From: Lingula anatina | Lineage: Eukaryota > Animalia > Brachiopoda | Direction: 5' to 3' | Assembly: GCA_051362555.1 (NCBI GenBank) | Contig: CM120641.1 | Location: 14,880,001 to 14,944,000, forward strand | DNA: 64,000 bases | Shown: positions 1-12,240 of the stretch, in pieces | Numbering within the stretch: the stretch's first letter is position 1 | Layout of the letters: each line of letters opens with the position of its first letter | Made by a program: the position numbers and the translations under genes | Notes under the pieces: model-generated | Told to the model about the DNA's origin: nothing | Databases searched by the model: none | The model's input: only the letters and a program-made list of their open reading frames with translations

Positions 1-513
1 TGATCGTAAATTGTCTCTACAGTAGCTGCTGGCGTCCAATACGTTTCCAAGGTCTTTCTTTACCTTGTCTTGAAAATGCCCGTTAGTCAAAGCAGTCATA
101 CCCTATATAAAATATATCAAATAGTGCATTCCCGCCATATAACAGTAAGTGCCTGGCAGTCATAATACATCAACTCACCAAAATAAAGTAGTGCCGCGGT
201 GTCCGAGATGACAAGGGAACATATACGTCGTAACCACTATGGGAGTGACTGACGGTCAGACTTAATGTACGAGAAGAGGCGTATATTGTCCGCTAGGCAT
301 GTTGATTGAGTGATTAATATTCCAACTGTTCCCTGATTATATAAAAACAATATTCTTAATTTGACCACTAAGTCAGTTGGTCATATCATGCCTCAAGCAA
401 ACTACATGTATGCTTGTCACTTATCACCTCAATTTCAGCCGCGTGCTGACTGGCCGCGCCGTCGCGTGTTTATGTTAAGGGCGACTACAAATGTACTCTG
501 TATGGCTTTTTAC

Positions 514-760
514 CTGTCGGGGTGTTGCCTCGAAGTTTAGATTGTTCTGTGTCGAAATGGGTGTCACTTAGTGTCTTTAGTGCTCACGGATGATGTTATC
601 ATTTTTCCACTTCCACGTGCTGCTGCATCCTGGTCGACCTTTTTTCACGAGGAGTCATCCATCTTTCTCGACAGCTCCCGTCGGTGGTACACCTGACAGT
701 TACTTCGTAAAAAATGGCTAACTCATAGCTCCCGGCACGTAAACTGTGCCCTCGCAACCT
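514..760 (-). other. Candidate exon of an unidentified minus-strand transcript (probably UTR or terminal coding exon)
   Basis: On the - strand, acceptor CTTATTTCAG precedes 760 and CAG|GTAAAA follows 514; the block is GC-richer than its flanks. No recognisable protein. Confidence 0.3.
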
Positions 761-3740
761 CTGAAATAAGGAAATATAAAATTGAATATATCACTTAGAT
801 GAACCTTGAAAAGGGGCAGATGGAGAAATAACGTGTAATATATACCAAAGTGCGTGGTGCGTATAGACTCCACACCTGATTTATTTATTACCACAGGAAG
901 ACTTCCACAAGATGCCATGCCGTCTTTTCAAACAAAAACTTACGGAAAACGTCATAAAAAGGATACATCAACTTGGCATGCGGATGAACAGCAACATTCA
1001 GTTCTGAGAATGTTTGGTCCTTCCACGGTATGCTTTAAAACACTGGTTCAAATGCTTTACTACCGTACCTTGCCACATTGCCATTGCTGTTACGCCGAGC
1101 TGTGCGTCCACTACACAGTAATGTTTCCAATATGGTCCAGTATATAGTGTATCAATGTTATCAACGTGAATTAAACAAGTTGGTCATCTAATTGAACCCT
1201 TGTGTTAATACATGTTGTATTTATAAATGACGCTTGTGGTTTCTGGTTACGTTTTTCGCGAGCCAGAACTGTTGGATCGCCTTAATGTGAACAGCATGCG
1301 TGATGGCTTTTTAATAAATCATATTTGCTTTTCTATTTACTTTTTTAGTGCGTTCCAAAAGCTTATAGTTTGTAGTTGTCAAAATTCAGAATAGGGGTAT
1401 TCGTTTACATTAATTAAGTTTCTGACCTAACATAACTGATTACAAAGCCGAAATTAAGCCACCACTAGAATTAAGCATACGATAGTCCTTCTGGAACAAT
1501 AACACATCAGGACATGGATGTTCCATTTCAGTCATAGAAAACTGACGCATGATTAACAGCCTGTCCATCAATTACAAGATTCCATGTTAAATCAAATGGG
1601 AAATCAAGTATATGACTTCAAACCTTTCCCTTCGTTATTAAAATAAGCAAGATTTGAACCAAAGTGTAAAAGGGTATTCAGCCAGCGTTTAGAGTGCCCA
1701 GATAATTTTTTTCACATTCTACTCAGTTGGTCCTTTCTCTTGGCATGTGCGATTAAAAAAGAAATGCTTACCATGATGGATATCATAAAAAATAAATGGG
1801 AATTAAACTCCTTTATTATCTGAGTATTCTGGCCCTTGGTAACCGCTTTATATCAATGGAAAAATGATAATTTAACAATATGAACAAACAAATAAAACGA
1901 AATAAGATTAAAATATATAATGAGTGAATGGCGTACTTTGATTACTGATAAGTTTATATCGGAGGAGAGACAGCATGGACTCACAATTAAGACTAGTGAC
2001 AGGAATGAAAATTCAGGAACCAGTGCAATGGCATTTTTTGCTCACTTATGGGATGCATCATGTCAAGGTCGCACAATCTAATATTGCCAGATGATGGTCA
2101 CAGGAGTTTTATTACACCAAAAATGAGCGAATTTACATTGTTTTGAAGTTGGTTATTTTATGTACATGTACAGGACTAGAGCTGTGACACAGATCATGAC
2201 GCGTCATTTTGTATTGCTTGTTGCACAAAATGGACAGTAAATCTGCCATCAGATAAAAAAGACATATAAAAAATATAGCCCTGCATATCAAAGTAACCCT
2301 TGTATGCCACAACCTTATCAATGGCACTTCGGAGATTTAACACAGATTGACTAATAATGCCATATATTTTAGTCGAATGAGACTCAGCACTTACGAGCAT
2401 ATCAAACCAGCTCATGTTTCGCATGCAGCATGTACTGGACACCATAAAGTTCAACTTGTGTAAATTGTTTTATGTAACCTTTCTTCCTCTAAGACCAACT
2501 TTTCATTTTCTCTCATCTGTGTATTATGTGTTGTACAGTGAGTTCAATTGTATCTGCTAAAGCATCATGTTTAGCTTTTCGTAATAAATATTGTAAACCG
2601 TCGGCCTTTTCCCCTTATCATCTCTAGTAAGTCCACAATTGTCAGGAAAATTACAAATATAAGATAACACATATCCTTCAGTACGTAAAGCTTTTCTATT
2701 GACAAGCATTATCATTCCATATGGGCACGAGCGCGGTTACACAAACATACACACACTCGCACGCCCACACACACAAACAAAAATTAAACTCACACAAAAA
2801 GAAAAAAGTAAAAGAAAAAGTAATGAATCTGCTCTGAAAAGACCAGATTTTTCATTTAACATAATGTTTTTTTTAATGACGCCCGTAGTTTATGTCCTAG
2901 GTATTCATACCTGGTTTCGGATACTGGTACTTACTTGAACAAATACATTCTTATTCCGGACTATCGGTGCCCTGTCAACCTTTTACATACAGTAAGCGAG
3001 ATAATGATGATGTTAGCAATGATTAATTCAGGAAATGTCTCACTGCATAATTCAACACCATGATATATACAGTCAAGGCGCCTATACTATTTTAACATTC
3101 AAACGCTGCCTATAGATAGCAAAAAGACTAACACGCCAGAAAGTATCAGTACAGGCCATAACCTTTACAAACTCAGAATAAGATTACCGACAGCCTTTCT
3201 TCTTTCTTTTCTTCTTGGTTAATTCATTGACAATTCTGTTATTCGCTGGTAGGTGAGGTACGATGGTAATCTTTTCATACAATGATTTTTTACGTCATCA
3301 TCTTCACGCGTGCTAAGTCAGTCAGCTTGCTACAAATCTGAACCGTGGGATTTTCTTGATGCCTGTGGCTGCTTTATCCTTATTAGTTCGCGGCTTGTTC
3401 TCGCTAGTTAACAGGCAACACTATCACTCTTTCTGGCTGTGATTAGATTTGTCCCACCATAAATTGCTCCTGATCGAGTGACCCGAAAGTCTAATCATAC
3501 CATATATATCTGTCTGAATCTATCGGTAAAATGATCTGTTAACTATGTCATTTTTTAACTGTCAAGTCAACATATCAATATTTGATCATTTCGTAGTGGC
3601 ACCTGTGAACTAAACGATTGGTGCTTCTATGGTGCTAGATTAACAACATTGCTTTTTCGGCACTGACACAGACGTGCTCCAAAGGGGACGCAGTTTTAAA
3701 CCAGATGGATAATGTCCGACGCATTTATACTTACATGTAT

Positions 3741-3769
3741 CAGGGAATTATATCCGATATAATTCCCTG
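3741..3769. mobile_element. 29-bp palindromic micro-element with 7-bp flanking direct repeat
   Basis: CAGGGAATTATATC-C-GATATAATTCCCTG has perfect 14-bp arms and is flanked on both sides by CATGTAT (3734-3740, 3770-3776). Confidence 0.6.
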
Positions 3770-4550
3770 CATGTATATAATGTTAGTTTCTTAATTAATA
3801 ACAGCCGCATCTTTCTAATCCTTATCTTCATTCATCATTCACTGCACTGTCCTTCAAATTTTTCAGCGAGGTCGTGATCAACGAAGTTGTCAATCAGCTA
3901 CGCTGTTGTAAAGTCCCCTGACGTTTTCTTTAATGACCGGATAATTACAAGAAAAAAACTAGGTCGAAAACATCAGCGCCAACGAGCGAGAATTATAAGT
4001 TCGATGAATGGGAAAAAATGGGTTTTTAATGAACATGTAGATGAAATGATGGGAGAGACATGTTGTTGATAGTCAAGGAAACGAATGCTATAGAGGAAGA
4101 GATATGAAATGATAAATGTTCCAAATTTACTTGATCGAGTGTCTGTCGTTATTGCCCGTTGCATCATGGTAGCATCAAATGGTATCGTGTCTGCATGGTT
4201 TTAGACACATCTTTATTTTAGCACAGACGCGTTACAAGACGCCGTTAACCTTATGCGTCTATGCGAAAAGTGTCAAACAGCCCATCAATTACCAATGAAA
4301 AATGTGATAAACGTTTGTGCGCACCATGGCCTCACACCAGGCAAACGGCACTTTTTTTGTACTGAAGATTGTTGTTAGCATAAAGTTGAAACGGTAGCAG
4401 TTAAATTTGGGAATTAAATGTCAATCTTATTGTCAGTTGTCGATAGGAACACAATTTCCGTAAAAAGGATTACTCTCTACTGTCTTCAAAGCGTTCAAGC
4501 TCCGATTCAAAAGAAATGAATAGAGGACTTCTATAAGAGGACTTCTATAA

Positions 4551-5296
4551 AGCTCCCTTTACACTGGACGGCGTCCTTTCTGCGTCCCGTAGTACGGTTC
4601 CGTTTGATAGTAAAATGAAATAATAATTTTACGTGATGATAACATACCGATCATTGAACATTCACTCTGCTACAAAAGCGATGCTCGTGCCTCCTTTCTA
4701 CGACCATAGCGATGCCAGATTCATGGTCGCAGAAAGGACGCAGAAAGGACGCCTGTCCGGAACCGCGCAAAATTTAGTTTGGAATCAAATTTAGAAACAG
4801 GCTCGAAATACGGACACCGCTGTAAATTTTAGGTTAGGCAACGCGTTAATACTACCTTCCAGATTCGTGGTCAAAATATTAACGTGTAAATCGCTATGGG
4901 GAAATCCAACGCTGACTACAATAACCAGATTCAATCATATAAAATGGCACGGCGACCGTATGCAATGTAGACAAACTCGGTGTAGCCCCTTACGATGTCA
5001 AAAAAAAAAAAATCTTACGCAAAATTGTATTTGATTTCATCGCACGGCGTCCGTGGCAAATGTGATCAAGGCTTTAATGTTTACTCGTTGCTTTTTAAAA
5101 TATCAAACCAAGACAATGGCTTCATGACCTTAACTTCTTAATCAAAATAGTCAACAAGCTTTCTCTGCCTCTTTAGACTTGACATAACATATTATACGGA
5201 ATTACGGTTTACAATAAAAAGTTATTACGTAAAGTAACTGAAATTGCCTGTGAATTATTAAATGTCTCCGACACGCCGTCCAGTGTCAATCGGGAT
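4551..5296. mobile_element. Non-autonomous PIF/Harbinger-type DNA transposon
   Basis: Imperfect TIRs AGCTCCCTTTACACTGGACGGCGT ... ACGCCGTCCAGTGTCAATCGGGAT with TAA on both sides; internal inverted copy of GGCGTCCTTTCTGCGTCC near 4570 and 4735. Confidence 0.6.
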
Positions 5297-6542
5297 TAAG
5301 TAGCTCTGTAACATCGATATTGTTCCTAAGAAAAGTTGGACGCGCACTTAAGAGGGTCAGATTCCAAAGTTTGTCCTGTCGCGTTATTGGTTAAGGTAAA
5401 AAACCGTAAACCCCTTTGAAAGTTCAAACCCTTTGAGAATCAGTAAAAGGTATCAGGATTCTGATTTTTAATTTCCTTCAGGTTAATTAGATTAAGCGGA
5501 TAAAGATTTCGTATCCTCAAATTAACGGATATACGAGGACAATAGGGACACGGACACGGACACGGAAATAAAAAAGTACGAGTGTGCGAGTGCAAATTAT
5601 CTTTGTTCCAGGAAACCTCATAATATTATATGTTATTTGGATTTTCTTCGAAACCCAAGGTCAGAAATGAGAATATGACTCTTATCATTGTTCTTATGTT
5701 CAAAGGGCTTTCTGCCTTACTGCTTTTGTTTTTTTCGGTCCAGTTACATGAAACCTGATGCATGTATTGGAACATCAATGAGACAGATGGAGAGAGACTC
5801 TTCCACATTTCGTCTCAGATGTTCAATTTAAATGGAATTAAAGGAAATTTAAATGTAACATTTTTTTCTACGGTGTTGTATCTCATCATAATACAAAGGC
5901 TTTGTTATTAAAACCCTCAGATTATTTGAAAACATATATACTTGTAATACTTTTAAGTACTTTTTAAATTAAAATTGAAATTAGTAATTAAAAAGTAGTG
6001 ATTCAGAAATTAATAAAACACAGAGGTGTTTAGACTGGGAGGATGTTGACGACATATTTAAAAGACAAAATGGTAAATGCTGATTATTCTTGCCCAGTTC
6101 ATATTTAATCAACTGCTTCTAGCAAAGTTTATATTTAATCAACGTCCATGAAACGCGCAAGCTTCGCGGCCCGAATGATGTAACGAAACTGAGGGCCAGT
6201 GTTATAATGGTTAGGGTAAGCCTGACCTAAGTGAGTCAACATCTAGGGCGAAGCTCACCTGTACAAATGAATGGGAAGCGGACTCTCTATTGTGGGGGAC
6301 TCTCTGTCACGTTACAATAATTCCACACGCTGCTTATACAATGTAGCTTCGTTTTAATACGCTGGAAACCGATTTCACTTGTTGACTGTCAAGGTATAAA
6401 CTTGTTTTAAATTGATATCAGTGCACAAAGAAATCAACGTACTCAAGGTGGAACTGTGATCTCTTCAGACTTAATGACCTTGCGGCTATCTTTCATCACT
6501 CCCTCATCCATGTACGATGTCACATACGATGGTCATACGTAC

Positions 6543-6818
6543 CTCTTTACGCTAGATGTGACAGAACCATACCGTAGGTTGATCCAAGACAAGGGGACAC
6601 AGGGCCGAGTGCCCTCCTCTCCAGTTTCTCTGAAAATGTTGCTGAATGATAAACCTGGTTCCCCGTCCCTCTTTTGATAGATGCTTAACCCACTGATGAA
6701 TTTGAACGTGAGCATAACTTACAGTATATCCCAGTCAGGCATTTTTTTCTTTCGCGCCAGCCCTTCATCATAGACGACCAAGTCCACAAGCTTGGTGCAC
6801 TTGAAGACACACGCAATC
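6543..6818 (-). other. Two candidate exons (6723-6818 and 6543-6629) of an unidentified minus-strand gene
   Basis: Acceptors TTAATCACAG and ACATTTTCAG, donors GTAAGT and GTACGT. Lengths of 96 and 87 nt splice in phase 2 into an open frame IACVFKCTKLVDLVVYDEGLARKKKMPDWDILETGEEGTRPCVPLSWINLRYGSVTSSVKR. No family recognised. Confidence 0.35.
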
Positions 6819-7520
6819 CTGTGATTAATTTCACTTCAACCACAACTAAAAAGAAGAATTAATAATGGCAAATAAAGTCTCTCTCCAAATTGCCACTGAA
6901 AGCGATGTCTTCCTGCAAAGTGTCATTACGCTCCTAACATTGCCAAGAACGTTTGATGGTCATTACTAACCAACAAAGCGAAGCAGCTTATTCTATTTAG
7001 AAAAAAAAGAAAAAAGACTGAGATAGTGATGAAAGATTGCCTCGGGGTCATTCACTATGACATGATCGCAGTACCATCTTGAATACGTTGATTTCTTTGT
7101 CCACTGATTTCAATTTAAAATAAGTTAATACCGCGACAGTCAACAAATTGTATATGCTACGACAAAATGGCTACGTTCTGTTTTACAAATATTTACAAAA
7201 TATCAATAGATTTCGGATAACAATGAGGAAATTGCGTAGCCATAATCTCATCAAATGTGGAAAGCATTGTTTTAATAATTTCCATTTTGTGTTTAGATGT
7301 TTTGACTATAATCTTTGTTCTTCACGCATGACTGACTTAGTCACCTAAAGAACCCATACTGATTTGACCAGGTCAGTAGTGTTCTCTGTGGAATATTGGG
7401 GAAATTAGATTGCATCATTAACTCTCGGGTTAGGAAATGTATACGATGACCGGTTAAAAAAATATCAATGTGGTCCAATATAATATTGTACATGAAAGTA
7501 TTAGTTACGTATATTAAGAA

Positions 7521-7523
<3 letters not shown>

Positions 7524-7568
<45 letters not shown>
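7524..7568. repeat. (CT)n microsatellite
   Basis: Directly visible. Confidence 0.95.
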
Positions 7569-10500
7569 GTTGCGCAAGATAAATTCTGCAAAACTGTGAG
7601 AAGACACAATTATGCGCCAGCATCCCTGAGTATTATTGTTAAAAACTGTCAACGATACCCTGTTAGTGTGAGTTACATTGAAAATTAGTTTAAACGTCAA
7701 TGATAAATGTTCATGGTCGCATGTGTTCTAGAAGAACTAATTACTGTAATCAAGAAATAATCCAACATTATGAGCTAATTAGATTAGAATAATTTAACCA
7801 AAGGATTCCTTAAGAAGAAATCGTTTTGAAGTGCCGTCCATCAATTAGCTTGCAAAACAAATGTTGTTCTTTCCAAATGGAAAAAGCATTGCAATTGTGT
7901 TTCATTTTCATGAAAATCAGAAAAAAAAACGCCCACAGTGATCCGATTAAAATAATCGGTTTTGACACCTGAATCAAAATGCTTCAGTTCTCTGGGGTCT
8001 TTTGTGAGTGCTGCTGGGCCCTGTGGGTTGCCCTTTAATTGGAAGTTACCGGCAGCTATCATTAAAGGCATCACAAAACTTATGGCCGCACCTAAAAGTC
8101 TCAGGTATCGACAAAACGTCGCGTCTCCGTAAATCAATTCAATTCAAGGAAAGCGACATAAAAACATCATTGGCTGTAAACCTTGGTCCCTTACAGCAAA
8201 GCGTCAATCAAATCTGTTTACCAAGAGTTTGACAAACCAAGGGCCACAGGCTTCTCGTTTCCGCAATTCGAAGAAATTCTGCAATAGGATGTAATCCCGT
8301 GCATGCGAAGTCTCATTTTGAAATTCTTGCAGGGCAAGAAGCTCTTCAGAACACGACCCTTAGTAACACCTCCTACATGTGTTGCTCCTTAAAGAAGAAC
8401 ATCTCCTGTCAATTAAAATATTTGAAATGACACAGAAATGCTTTTTCATCACAGCACGAAGAATAGCCTGAAGAACAGTCTGAGGCAACGAACAACAAAG
8501 GTGCATCATGGGGCTTTCTTAGAAATGCATAAAAACGAGCATGAAAATCTTTCAGTTACATGCAATTTCTTGCCTATGTCTAAAGGGTTTTTTTTACTGA
8601 AAGGAAACCATATATGCAATTTGAACTGCGTGAATATCTAAAAGTACATTAACTTAGTGTGAGAAAACGGTCGCGGAGTGAATTTTTTTTTTCATTTTCA
8701 CTTCACCCTTCCTCTATTGCCTTCTCCAAGACCCATTGAAAGAGATTCTATGTTGAGGTCAAAGACGACAAATCTACAATGTTATTCGTTTATTTGGGAT
8801 CGAACTGAAGGGGAATATTGTATCCTCGGTGCCCCGATGTATGAGTGAATGAGAGGGTAAGAAACACCTTCTTTATAGAAATACATAAGTTTCAATCAGT
8901 CAGGTCTTCAGGGTCGATACTTGTATCGATTGATTTTAGCTTCCTTGGATAAAGCAGTTGTAAGTAAATTACGCACAGCTTTCATTTATTTGTTACAAAG
9001 AGGATTGAGTATTATAACTAGAGTGTAAAGTATATTATATACTTTAGATCCAATAACAAGGGCGAACGATGGGATTCAACCTAACTATTTAATGATTTTT
9101 CAAAGGATTCGTTTTATTTTTATTTGGGATTATTTAAACTGCGGCAGTGCCGTTTTGGCTAACGTTTTGGGACCAAACAAGGGAAAGATAGACATGGAAA
9201 TGCTATCAAACAATAAAAAATAAATACGCTACATGTTGCAGTAATTTCTCTTGTGAAATCAAGAAATTTTCTCTTTTTAATTTCTCACCTAATTTGAGAG
9301 CTATTTGCGTTTTAAAGATTGCAGGAAATTGCCCTGCTGTTACATTTAAAAACACCAGTACACAAAGAGCATTTTCTTTGTTGGTGCTCTTTGCTTTTCC
9401 ATTTAAACATTGAATAATTCACGATTAAAGATTTCGTGAAAAATTCTCGAGAAATCAGTTTGCTTGACAAACGCATGCACTGTTATTCCTCTAATGAAGA
9501 AAAGAAAATTAATTTATCGAAGAAGAGAGATACTTACTAACAATTGATTGTCGGTGTTGCTGCAGTTATCAAAAATTACCTCAAAGATGTCTTATTTCTT
9601 CTTTTTCATTCCAATTCTTGACACTGAAGTCAATGATCCATATATGTTAAGTGTCCTGATACTTTGATAAAATGTACGGCATCTGGCGGAAAGCGTGGGT
9701 TTCTTAGCTCATCGAGAAAACGATTTTCAGTTTGCCGCTATTTGATTCTTTCAGTAAAAGTACATCGATCCTTTTTCGAAATGGGATTAAATAAAAAAAC
9801 GCGCACAACATATCTATTTCAATTCCAAAAGCAGTTCTCGAGCTCACTTGATTTGGAATGAAGGCTGAACGGTTGGTGAACAGGCCACCGCAGGCAAACC
9901 TAAATTTCAGATCTGCTTGATCATTTCTTGCTTTCTATAAGCTTGTGTTTACTTTCGATCAAGCAGGAAAGAAAGCAGTAACTGGCAAGATATTCAGCAA
10001 CGGATTCACGCACAGGATGAGACACGAGTGGTTACAAATTACAAAAGAATTTAGTCATCCTGCGTTTCTTTAGAACGCTGCTGGCATATCAACGCAAGCA
10101 CAAGTCAAATAACATCTTCCCAATTCAGCAAAACATGCTGGTGAAGCATTTCTTGCATAGCGCTTTAAATAATGTGCGTTTACTGAAGACTTAAATGAAT
10201 ATTCATCAAAGTTGAGGTCGACAAGCAATCAAATCCTAGGCAACATTCTTTTTTGTTTATCTATATCCACGACAGACATTCGTTTTTCATCTGAAAATAC
10301 TTTTTGCTGATTTCTATTTCAAAAATAGACATGAAATTAAAACGGGATACCACAGCTGCATCTAGCATTCACGGCGACATGAAGTATTTATTGCAGTTAT
10401 GGAAATAACACGAAGAAAATGCACTGTTCGCTACAATGCAGGCACTGCATTTCGTTTTCGTAAGACGTATTACTAGTAGCTTGGTTTCAAATCGATCTAT

Positions 10501-10991
10501 GAGTAGCTTCCATGTACTCAAATTTCGGTTATTCTGTTGATTCTAATACAGCCAAAAAGAACCTCCGTTAGCATTCAGTGTAAGTTAGTTGTAATTTATC
10601 AAAAATGAAATCTGTGCTGAATAGATCAGAACCACCCTAATTACCTCCAATGTGAACATAATCATCGGCAACCAAAATATGTATGAATACATATCGAGAT
10701 GTCTCTTGTGAAGGTTGAAGCATAATACAAGAATATTAACCTTATACAGTGCATGGTATACATAAAAACGGCGTGCACCCACAGCCATATAACATTTATC
10801 AAATGTAGCATATACTTTAAAGTGACAATTATGACGCAATTCCCGCATAGGTTTTTATGTAGATCTGTATAACTAAGTAATAAATGCTTGATACATGTAA
10901 CCTTATACATTTGGTATTCGGGAGACATTTAAGATAGTACAGTATAACCATTTAGTCTTATCTTTGGATTTGGCAAATCTTGGAGACCACT

Positions 10992-10992
<1 letters not shown>

Positions 10993-11042
<50 letters not shown>
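10993..11042. repeat. Poly(A) run of about 50 nt
   Basis: Directly visible. Confidence 0.95.
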
Positions 11043-11044
<2 letters not shown>

Positions 11045-12184
11045 GCCCAACTTATCTTCAGCGAATTTTTGCTCTCGGAAAATTTAATCAAAATTACGAG
11101 TTCCCCCATGACTAATCCATGCGTAAGATGCACGTCAATGGATTGTATAAAGGTTGTTCTGTGGCGGACTGAGCCCGCGTCAATATGTAGGCCCCTACTG
11201 CATATCTTCTCCTCAAAACTTATAAAGCCAAAACACGTACAGTACATTGACTATCGCGCACTTACACAATATTATCATGTATGATGTAAGCTTTTGAAGT
11301 TAACTCGCAAAGGCATTTTTTTCTCAACGAGGGGGGGGGGGGGCATCATTTGTATGTCCACGCTAATAAAGGTATACAATACATGGAGTGACGAAGAAAA
11401 TGGATTAAGTAACTTTTTAAACCAGAGAATGTGTGTAGGTTGTTACGCACGTCTGGTTATTCATTATTCCGAGTCTACTTTTTTCAAGTTTACTTTGTCC
11501 TTTTTAAAGAATGCTGTGTAACAATTTGCCCTTTTAAATTGGAAAGAAGAATGTGCTCTCTAACCTTTTTTACCTCAGCTGTCTCGTATATTTTAATTCT
11601 AAGTGTCAGGGAAAGACATCGATGGCATTTATTTATATGCGTTCGTGAACTTAGGATTAAATATTGTTTCTCCGGAAAACTCACTTCATCGTTGTTTCCT
11701 CAAGTACTACATCACATGCCATCTTGTATAAACTATAACTGTTAAAATCTAAATAGTTTTGTTTCAAAAGAAGGCATTCAACCTGTTGATGCCGACTAAA
11801 GTTCTTTATTAATAGGGTGCACATAAACGAAATTCACAATAAGGATTAACTTATTTCTTGAATGTTTGGAACAGAATGCCTGGTCTCGTCTCGGCGCACA
11901 TTCTGATATACACACAATATTTCAAACATGGCGGGATGATTTAAGGAAATTGGAAATTGTTTAGCAGAAAGAAATCAGGATCATGGAAAGGTCACCGGAC
12001 CCCATTGATCATATCATCTTTACAACAAATTGCCTGTCCTGTTACAGTTGATTGGCAATGTTCACATATTATAGACTGGAAATATCATTTAAACGAGCAA
12101 CTGCAGCAAAAAAGGGACTAAGGACATTACATAAAAGGCAAGATCTCTCATCTGGCTGTAAATAATGACATTTTGAAACAAACA

Positions 12185-12187
<3 letters not shown>

Positions 12188-12237
<50 letters not shown>
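12188..12237. repeat. (CT)n microsatellite
   Basis: Directly visible. Confidence 0.95.

Positions 12238-12240
<3 letters not shown>

Noticed and set aside
10903-11284. Poly-Lys and poly-Phe ORFs
   Set aside because: Produced by the poly(A) run; no other coding signal.
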